64,000 bases of DNA, from the IMG/VR virus record IMGVR_UViG_3300010413_000005, positions 32,001-96,000 of that record. One strand, written 5' to 3'. Source of the stretch: a virus. Under the pieces are notes generated by a model. That model was given only the letters and a program-made list of their open reading frames with translations. It was not told the DNA's origin and searched no databases. Both the position numbers and the translations under genes were made by a program. This document shows positions 57,305 to 64,000 of this stretch, piece after piece (position 1 is the first letter of the stretch; each line of letters opens with the position of its first letter).

Positions 57305-57732
57305 CCTGCCGTTTCTCCTGCTCCTTCGTTGATCAGAACGTTCGACAACGCCGTAGCGAGCGCTTCCGATTCGTTCGTGCTTACGCCAGCGGTCACCAAC
57401 GCACTCGCCAGATTGCCTTCCAAGGCACCGTTAGAACCGACTCCGGCGAGCCAAGTCCGCGCAGTGCTGATATGCGTCAACACCATATCGAACCAATCGT
57501 TGGCGCGCCAAAAGCGGATGATTCCGCTGAAGTTAGCCTTGGCCGCGATTACGCCGGCCTTTACTCCGAAAGCCAACACTTGGTCGACTATCACTTGGTT
57601 TATCGATGTGCTGGCTGCTACTTCGGCCGCGGTGCTTCCGGGATTAGTAGCCAAATCGCTCAATATCGCTCCGTCGTTGGAGCGTATTGCGCTTGTGAAA
57701 TCCGAAGCGTTCGCTATCCGTCTCTCTGCCAT
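57301..57732 (-). CDS. Hypothetical protein
   Basis: 143 aa, AGGAG RBS. Confidence 0.7.
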   Translation of the reverse strand: MAERRIANASDFTSAIRSNDGAILSDLATNPGSTAAEVAASTSINQVIVDQVLAFGVKAGVIAAKANFSGIIRFWRANDWFDMVLTHISTARTWLAGVGSNGALEGNLASALVTAGVSTNESEALATALSNVLINEGAGETAG

Positions 57733-57780
57733 GATCCACTCTCCTTTCGGGTCTGAGCCCGAATCCGACGTGGATCCGGA

Positions 57781-58116
57781 CTATGTCGCTTTTATTATAT
57801 GCCTACAAGCAGGATCGGAACAAATTCTGGATTGTTCGATTTCTGGTTTGTTTGACTCGTGCGCTTTCGTTTCTTTGCCGCATTTCCGACATGGAAACGA
57901 AGGGTGCTCTCCTGGTGAAGTGTCTTCGGGAGGAGCGTCTTGTTCCTCCCGGCATTCCGCGTTGGAACAGATTCTTCGATTGCTACCTGCGTTGGGAGAG
58001 CCACCATGTGACTTCGTTTCTTTGCCGCATTTAGGACACGGAAACAACGGCGCTTTGGGCACGTTCTCTATGCTGACCGCCAACAGGTCGGAGAACTTTT
58101 CGTGATCCGAAGTCAC
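57781..58116 (-). CDS. Protein with duplicated zinc-ribbon
   Basis: FPCPKCGKETK..RICSNAEC and FPCRKCGKETK..RICSDPAC. Confidence 0.7.
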   Translation of the reverse strand: MTSDHEKFSDLLAVSIENVPKAPLFPCPKCGKETKSHGGSPNAGSNRRICSNAECREEQDAPPEDTSPGEHPSFPCRKCGKETKAHESNKPEIEQSRICSDPACRHIIKAT

Positions 58117-58118
58117 GA

Positions 58119-58601
58119 TTACACGATCCGTACGTTGTATGTCAACTTCAGTTTGTCAGCCGTGGTCTTATTCACCGAAGTGAAAACGGCTCTCATCAAC
58201 GCCGAACCTCCGGGAGACGTGTTCTGATTGAGAACGCACACCTCTTGGATGTTATTCGCCGATATGGAACCGCCACCGCTGGGATAGCTGATGACCAATT
58301 GAAGAGTACGCGTGCCGGATAGCAACGTCTTGGAATCCGCCGTGTTTAGCGAGGCCGCGACCGGAGACAACACGTTGGATTGCCCGCTGTTCGCTGCGGC
58401 GCCGCAAGTGCCGATTCGGAATTGATCCCAAATATTGGTATTCAACCCGGTGCACATCCGCCAAGTTTGACGCTTGCCGGTATTCACGACCAGGTTGTGT
58501 GTGACGATACGCTTGATTACTTCCGGACCGTTCTTGCCGTCGCGAATAACTTCAACGGTAACGAATCCGCCGAACTTTGCATTATCTTTGAGTGGTAGCA
58601 T
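58119..58601 (-). CDS. Hypothetical structural protein (collar/fibre-anchor-like)
   Basis: HNLVVNTGK..IGT..IQEVCVLN..LMRAVF..VNKT..LTYNV; GGAGG RBS. Confidence 0.6.
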   Translation of the reverse strand: MLPLKDNAKFGGFVTVEVIRDGKNGPEVIKRIVTHNLVVNTGKRQTWRMCTGLNTNIWDQFRIGTCGAAANSGQSNVLSPVAASLNTADSKTLLSGTRTLQLVISYPSGGGSISANNIQEVCVLNQNTSPGGSALMRAVFTSVNKTTADKLKLTYNVRIV

Positions 58602-60318
58602 CGATAGCCTCCTTTATGATTGCCATATTTCTTTCGGCTTCACGGAACGCTTCTGGAGGCGTTCCCTCTGGAAACAATTCTATGACCTTTTGTGCCCAAA
58701 ACAAACTTTCTTCCAATTTCCCCAATTCTCCACAAACCATAGCTAGGCGTTGGGCCGGAATGTGTCCGTAATAGGACAAATCAATCCACCACACAGTGAA
58801 CGGAGGGTCACCCATAGTGGTGGTAGCGTACACGTAGAATCTGTACGCTTTCTCGTATTCCTTGGATAACATGGCCATATCGCCTAACCAAACCCAATGT
58901 TCGGTACGACACCAATCGTCCTTCGTACAACCCATAAGGCATTCGTAGGCTTCTTTTCGTTCTCCGCGGCGCATTCGTTCTTTTGCCAACATCAATCTGG
59001 CTTGATATTTTTGAACTCCGTTGTTGGAAACGCCTAAAAATTGCTCCAAGCGCTCGATCGCCTTTTGCGGATTCAATTCGCGCCATTCTTGTCCGAGATA
59101 GAAAAGACTTTGCACACTTTCTCCGGTGCGCCAATCGTCCATCAGTTGTTTTCTATTTTGTGCCCGTCTTTGTACCGCTCGAGTCTCCGCCCTTTGTTGG
59201 CTTCGTTGATGAAGCGTTTTCACGAGCGGCAATTGAACGCACAGAGCCTTTTCCGGCCAAATCAATTCGTTGTGGACCGGTCGCCGGAACCGGATATCCG
59301 GCCGATTGCGAAACAACCAAGGAAAAGCCCACCGCTGTCCGTTGCCTTGTCGGAATACAAATCCCACGGAACAATTGGACGGTATGATGGTATCGAGATT
59401 CAACAATACGTCCATGCCTTCGACGAGATATTCGTGCCCTTCGGTCATGAATATCCATTCTCCGGAACATTGTTCGATACACTGATTGCGACACCAACTG
59501 AAATGTATTTTGTCTCCTCCCAAATCCTCTTCGGGAGGTCCGCTCGGTCGATCTAAGTAGAAAACCTTGTCGGCGTACTGTTTGGCTATCTCGAATGTGC
59601 GATCTTTCGATCTAGGATCCACACCTACGACAAATTCATCTGCGATTCCGCGATACGTAGCCAACGTATTTGCTAGATCCAATTCTTCGTCTCGGACCGG
59701 AAGCGTCACCGACATCTTGTATTTCTTACGGGCGATATCTCCGCAAATGCCTAACAGATATCCGCCGATAACTTCGACTCTGACACATTCCCAATACTCT
59801 TTGAGATAATCCAGAAATTGTTTCGCCGTCCATTTACGCGTGTGTTGTCTCTCTTCGTCCGGACCCAACCTATTGTTCGGAACGCTGATGAAGGCATAAT
59901 TGGAATTGTCCGCGATGAATGACAACAATCGCGCGCGCGCGCGTTTACCTAGATGCTCGATGAATTCGGTGGAAACAAATACGTCGCTGACCGGAATCGA
60001 GTCAACTTCTGATCTCAAATCGGCTTTGTGCGTGATATCTACGCAGCCAGTATCCATTGCGTGCTTCAACGCGATTTCGCTGTGGTCGACTACGCATATG
60101 GATACTTTCGGGAGGACTTCGGAGAACACTTCGGCGAAAGAACCGACTCCGCCTCCGACGTCAGTCAGCGTCGCCGCTTTATATGGAGTGCATTGCGCTA
60201 TTCTTTGATAAACGCGAACTAGAGCGCTTTTCCTCCAAGTCTCGTGCCCTTCTTCGCCCCATATTTTATCCCAAACTAATTCGCTGTTTGCCTTATCGGC
60301 TATTCGGTCGATGGTCAT
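58582..60318 (-). CDS. SAM methyltransferase - GT2 glycosyltransferase - TPR fusion
   Basis: DVGGGVG, VDHSEIAL, EFIEHL (class I MTase); VRDEE..ADEFVVGVD..SKDRT..FSWCRN..GEWIF..RPVHNEL (GT2); helical TPR-like C-terminus (SLFYLGQE). Confidence 0.88.
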   Translation of the reverse strand: MTIDRIADKANSELVWDKIWGEEGHETWRKSALVRVYQRIAQCTPYKAATLTDVGGGVGSFAEVFSEVLPKVSICVVDHSEIALKHAMDTGCVDITHKADLRSEVDSIPVSDVFVSTEFIEHLGKRARARLLSFIADNSNYAFISVPNNRLGPDEERQHTRKWTAKQFLDYLKEYWECVRVEVIGGYLLGICGDIARKKYKMSVTLPVRDEELDLANTLATYRGIADEFVVGVDPRSKDRTFEIAKQYADKVFYLDRPSGPPEEDLGGDKIHFSWCRNQCIEQCSGEWIFMTEGHEYLVEGMDVLLNLDTIIPSNCSVGFVFRQGNGQRWAFPWLFRNRPDIRFRRPVHNELIWPEKALCVQLPLVKTLHQRSQQRAETRAVQRRAQNRKQLMDDWRTGESVQSLFYLGQEWRELNPQKAIERLEQFLGVSNNGVQKYQARLMLAKERMRRGERKEAYECLMGCTKDDWCRTEHWVWLGDMAMLSKEYEKAYRFYVYATTTMGDPPFTVWWIDLSYYGHIPAQRLAMVCGELGKLEESLFWAQKVIELFPEGTPPEAFREAERNMAIIKEAIDATTQR

Positions 60319-60369
60319 GCCATAACACCTATTATGCTGCGGATAGATGGTTGCCCATAATCCTTTGGT

Positions 60370-61056
60370 TTACAATACTTCTCCCCAAAACGCTTTCGAA
60401 GTCATCGCCCAACCCGGATAACCGTCCATCTCCTTTTTGACCGGAGTCTTGTAGCTGGGCAACAGCGCTTTCGCATGTGCTTGCAAATGCGCTTTCGCGG
60501 TCGCGATCTGCTGCGCGCTCATTTTGGCTTGGGACACTCTAGCGAGAGCGTTGGCGAGATGAATCTTATCGACGGAGCTGTTTTCGGACGCGCTCTTTAC
60601 GTTCGCGTTGTGATGTGGAAGCATACGGAGCGACCGCGGCACGGTTTTGCCTTCCTTGTCCTTTTTGCCGCCTGGAAGAATCATCGCGAACGCCGCATCC
60701 GGAAGGTTGTTTATGAACGCCGCGGTCCAAACTGCCTTGGTAATCGGTATGGCTTTCTTACGATACGAAGTGAACCTTTCTACTTCTTGCATATCTCCGA
60801 ATTCGAAGTTGCCGTATTTGTCCCGTTTGTAGGACATGGCGTAATAGGATTCCTTGTCGTCCTCTTTGTAGGTTTCGACAATCAATCCGGAGCCGAATAC
60901 TTCGACCACGTACGCGTACGCTTTGGTCGAGTTGAGTTTCATCTTTACGTGCTCTCTGCAAGCGTTCGTGAGAGCCGTAGTGAATTGCTTTAGAGACTCC
61001 CCATTAGCCAATTCGATAGTTGATTTGTGGACAGCGACGTTTTGTTCCATGGCCAA
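60370..61056 (-). CDS. Hypothetical head-region protein
   Basis: 228 aa; WTAAFINNLPDAAFA..LPHH..HLANALAR domain; AGGAG RBS. Confidence 0.7.
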   Translation of the reverse strand: MAMEQNVAVHKSTIELANGESLKQFTTALTNACREHVKMKLNSTKAYAYVVEVFGSGLIVETYKEDDKESYYAMSYKRDKYGNFEFGDMQEVERFTSYRKKAIPITKAVWTAAFINNLPDAAFAMILPGGKKDKEGKTVPRSLRMLPHHNANVKSASENSSVDKIHLANALARVSQAKMSAQQIATAKAHLQAHAKALLPSYKTPVKKEMDGYPGWAMTSKAFWGEVL

Positions 61057-61077
61057 CTCCTTTGCGTAATCGCTATA

Positions 61078-61509
61078 CTATAATTTGTTGCTATGGATAG
61101 GAAATTTCCGTTTGGGTGAATGTCTTCGTTTGCCGACGTGATTGACCGTTACTCGAGCGCTCGGTTGAGCAGCGTGCGCTACCAAGGTAAGTCGAACGTC
61201 ATCCACGAATAGATCTATTTTTTCTCCGCCCTTTACCGCTCCGCTAGGCGGAATTCTTTCTATTTCGTATATGATCGATCGAAAAGATCGCGGTCGCGAA
61301 ACCGAATATTGAACCCCGATTTTCTTAGTGGCCTCTTCGTTACAATTGGCGCACCTACAAGTTACGAGGTGATTTTCCACGAGAGACACTCCGGTTATTC
61401 TGGATTGAAAATCGGAGCGCTCGAGCATCGGCAACCATTCGCGTGCTTGTTCTTCGTCCGACAAATCTACACGAATAGTATCACCATCTATCGTGTGTAT
61501 TTTGAGCAA
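61078..61509 (-). CDS. Hypothetical protein
   Basis: 143 aa, TTG start after AGGAG. Confidence 0.65.
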   Translation of the reverse strand: MLKIHTIDGDTIRVDLSDEEQAREWLPMLERSDFQSRITGVSLVENHLVTCRCANCNEEATKKIGVQYSVSRPRSFRSIIYEIERIPPSGAVKGGEKIDLFVDDVRLTLVAHAAQPSARVTVNHVGKRRHSPKRKFPIHSNKL

Positions 61510-61526
61510 AACTGCTCCTATGGTGG

Positions 61527-61892
61527 CTATTCAGAAGATTCGTTCGTTTCGTCTACCAGATTGATTCCCCTCAGCGCTGGAGATTCGAAATCCGCAGATT
61601 TGGCCGCTTCTCTTTTCGACCTTCTGCTGTGTCTCGCTTCTTTATCGACATTGGTCTGTTCGGAGTCTTCTTTTTCTTCTTGAACAGGTTCTTCTTTTTC
61701 CGATGACACCACCACTCTGTCGATCAATTTAGCGCAATACGATTCCAGATACTCCAATTCAGCGTCGTTCAACTGATACATCGTTCCCGGTCTGACGTGC
61801 ATAGATCCTTCGAAAGAACGAGCGATGTCGGACGGAAAATCAATTTGTTGGATGGGTGCCGATTTGGACACCACAATAACGTTGAGTTTCAT
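61527..61892 (-). CDS. Hypothetical protein
   Basis: 121 aa, GAGGTGA RBS. Confidence 0.7.
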   Translation of the reverse strand: MKLNVIVVSKSAPIQQIDFPSDIARSFEGSMHVRPGTMYQLNDAELEYLESYCAKLIDRVVVSSEKEEPVQEEKEDSEQTNVDKEARHSRRSKREAAKSADFESPALRGINLVDETNESSE

Positions 61893-61901
61893 GATTCACC
61901 T

Positions 61902-62354
61902 CTAATCGTCGTCGCCTTCTACTTCGTCGTCGTCATCATCTTCGTCGTCGTCTTCGTCGTCATCGACGTCCATTGGTTCGTCGATTTCCGAAGACGGTTC
62001 TCCGTCGCCCAACTCCTGCTTTACCAGAAGTGCTTTGACCATCTCCGGTTTCTTCATATCCGATTCCATGTCCAAATTGAACTGTTCGGATTGTCCGAGA
62101 CGAATCAAGTCCGTCTTGGTCATGGCGTCCAAATCGGACTTGGTGTAAACCTTTTTGACTGGCTTCGGTTCCTCTTTGGGTTTGGCCGGAGCTGTCTTCA
62201 CTTCTTGAAGCATGGTTACGCTGAATTCAGCCTGCCTCTTGTAGTACATAATTTCGCGGTCGTCTGTGATTATTTGCGGTGTTCCGCGAACGAATTTGCG
62301 ACCGCGCGCGTCGTAAGTCTCACATTTGTTTAGAACCACTCGAGCTTTTGCCAT
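61902..62354 (-). CDS. Hypothetical protein with Rho-N/HeH-like helix pair and acidic tail
   Basis: DLDAMTKTDLIRLG...MKKPEMVKALL; poly-D tail; follows the major capsid gene. Confidence 0.7.
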   Translation of the reverse strand: MAKARVVLNKCETYDARGRKFVRGTPQIITDDREIMYYKRQAEFSVTMLQEVKTAPAKPKEEPKPVKKVYTKSDLDAMTKTDLIRLGQSEQFNLDMESDMKKPEMVKALLVKQELGDGEPSSEIDEPMDVDDDEDDDEDDDDDEVEGDDD

Positions 62355-62427
62355 CTTTGTATCTCCTTTTGACCAATTAATGGCTGGGTTGACGATGAGC
62401 GACTAAGTGTCACCCTTTTGACGCTTA

Positions 62428-62458
62428 AAGCTCGCCAACCTCAAGGGCTAGCGAGCTT
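62428..62458 (-). promoter_or_regulatory. RNA hairpin downstream of the major capsid gene
   Basis: Minus-strand AAGCUCGCUAGCC-CUUGA-GGUUGGCGAGCUU, 13 bp including G.U pairs. Confidence 0.55.
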
Positions 62459-62480
62459 CGAAGCTTCGTGTGGACGGCGA

Positions 62481-63686
62481 TTAGACGCCTGTTCCGATGT
62501 TCTTGGTCTTGACGATTGCCGTCAATTCCTCAAACTGTACGGCGACTTTCGCCGTGATGGCGTATTGGTTTACGCCCTTGTAGATGTCGCGGTCCTTCTC
62601 GATCCTGATGTCGCGTCCGATACCCACGATGAAGTTATTCATGTGTGTAAGCATCAGTTGCGGATAGGCTCGATACGTGACTTTGACCGTGTCTCCGTCG
62701 CCGATCGCCCCACCGCCGATACGCGCTATAGTTCCGTTGGTCGCGTCCAGGGTGTAATCGGTTGCGGAAATGTACGGAGTAACCGGAGTCGCGTCCAACG
62801 TACTCGGGACAACTACCACGGATTCCACCGGTCCATTCTTCAAAGCAACAGCGGTCGTACCAGAAAGAACGATGTGCTCTGTGATAGGCGGTTTGAACTC
62901 CCACAACGGAACCGGAACAGCGGTAATACCGAACGGACCAGGCATCCCGCCTCCGCCACGGGCCGCATCGTCACCTAGTGCGGTCGCGCGCGTCGACAGT
63001 TTCTCCATATATATCTGCCATAGATCCGGAGACAGGTACCATCGCAAGTTGTTTCGATTCCGACGGAACTTGGTAGGCATCGCCAAGATCGAATCCGAGA
63101 ACACTGACAGGCCTATATTTTTGCCCTCCGCGTCCTTCACATTCGCGCCGTCCGCTAACAGACTCCATCCGTCTTGCAACTTCAGGTAGCTGTCTACGCG
63201 GTACTTGGTGTTATCGCCGTTGTCCAGATAATCGCTCTCGAGAACGGCCGGACCTAGCTTGTTGCCGTTGATGTATAACTCTTCCAGGTCGTTAGCCAAC
63301 CTGGTGGCCATCAATCGAACGATCGTATCTTCGATGCTGTCGCCTTCGATGTTCAATTCACGGAAGTTGTCTCCGATTTCGAACGGCACCATGATCTCGC
63401 TGGGAGCCAAGGTGATTTTCGAAGTGGTAATTCCGCGTCGAACTCCGGGATCGACTGCTTCGCTCTTGGGGACAGCCGCGCGCCGGCCAACGCCGATCTT
63501 ATCGATTTCGAGCGATTCATTCCTGAACCGTACGATTCGCGCGTTATCCTTCAAGACTGTCTCATCGATCACGAAATCGATGAAACGGTCGGATTGTGCG
63601 GGATTCAGTTTCCCTGCGGTGGCCAGATCGTCAGCAACTATTGCCGCCTTACTAACCAATTCCTCGTTTGAAATGTTTCCTGGCAT
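62481..63686 (-). CDS. Major capsid protein (HK97 fold)
   Basis: GKLNPAQSDRFIDFV, EIDKIGVG, NIEG..IEDTI..LANDLEEL.INGN, RDIRIEKDRD. Confidence 0.9.
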   Translation of the reverse strand: MPGNISNEELVSKAAIVADDLATAGKLNPAQSDRFIDFVIDETVLKDNARIVRFRNESLEIDKIGVGRRAAVPKSEAVDPGVRRGITTSKITLAPSEIMVPFEIGDNFRELNIEGDSIEDTIVRLMATRLANDLEELYINGNKLGPAVLESDYLDNGDNTKYRVDSYLKLQDGWSLLADGANVKDAEGKNIGLSVFSDSILAMPTKFRRNRNNLRWYLSPDLWQIYMEKLSTRATALGDDAARGGGGMPGPFGITAVPVPLWEFKPPITEHIVLSGTTAVALKNGPVESVVVVPSTLDATPVTPYISATDYTLDATNGTIARIGGGAIGDGDTVKVTYRAYPQLMLTHMNNFIVGIGRDIRIEKDRDIYKGVNQYAITAKVAVQFEELTAIVKTKNIGTGV

Positions 63687-63734
63687 CTCACTATCTCCTT
63701 TTGGTTGTTCGTTAGGAACCGGCAGATCCGGCTG

Positions 63735-64000
63735 TTACACTACACCCGTGAAAAGGCTTTTGCCCTTTTGGACTTGCGTTTCGGTGTTCCCGTCGTCGAT
63801 TGACCGAGACGGATTGTGTGGTTGTTCCAGAGCATCCAGACGCTTCACAACGTCGTCGATGTTCTTTTGAGTCTTCTCTTGTCCCGCCTTGACCACGGTG
63901 GCCAAATCGCGAATGGCAGATACCAATTCGCCTTGAGCTTCCGGAGCTTGTCCTTCGCTCTTGGACACGCCGGCCAACGCCGGTTTGGTCGTGTTGGGAT
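63735..64000 (-). CDS. C-terminus of capsid scaffold/prohead protease (truncated by window edge)
   Basis: Frame open to the window edge; coiled coil and KSLFTGVV end directly upstream of the major capsid gene. Confidence 0.6.
   Translation of the reverse strand, partial: PNTTKPALAGVSKSEGQAPEAQGELVSAIRDLATVVKAGQEKTQKNIDDVVKRLDALEQPHNPSRSIDDGNTETQVQKGKSLFTGVV

Noticed and set aside
196-63870. Numerous plus-strand ORFs up to 333 aa
   Set aside because: All overlap well-supported minus-strand genes and show no recognisable motifs.
1-64000. Stop-codon reassignment, tRNA/rRNA genes, integrase or host genes
   Set aside because: Conserved genes are intact under the standard code with TAA, TAG and TGA all used as stops; intergenic gaps are short and show no cloverleaf; no prophage boundary seen.

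Overview
This window is an internal 64-kb piece of a large tailed dsDNA bacteriophage with a contractile tail (myovirus-type). Essentially every real gene is on the minus strand, tightly packed with frequent ATGA/TGATG overlaps, and uses the standard genetic code. In transcription order (right to left): (i) head genes (end of scaffold/protease, major capsid protein, accessory proteins), a methyltransferase-GT2-TPR fusion and a 1577-aa Ser/Asp/Thr-repeat protein; (ii) neck, sheath, tube, frameshifting tail chaperone, tape measure, baseplate and a beta-helix-type tail spike, ending in an HExxH lipoprotein; (iii) SF2 helicase, replication initiator with an embedded AT-rich ori-like tract, DnaC-like loader, DnaB, primase, CobS/CobT-like pair and a sigma-like factor; (iv) a five-gene nucleotide-metabolism operon (flavoprotein, MazG-like/HAD fusion, class-III PLP aminotransferase, dNMP kinase, divergent ThyX) directly upstream of DnaE; (v) DnaE with an HNH intein that starts with Thr, then HU, UvsY-like, SSB-like, RecA, Mre11/Rad50, RuvC, 5'-3' exonuclease and the start of a family-4 UDG. 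The best candidate for an undescribed system is the five-gene operon, which looks like a precursor-level DNA base-modification pathway and is preceded by a uORF/hairpin element. The second candidate is a possible virion-glycosylation module. All calls are by-eye motif recognition and synteny; no database searches were run.
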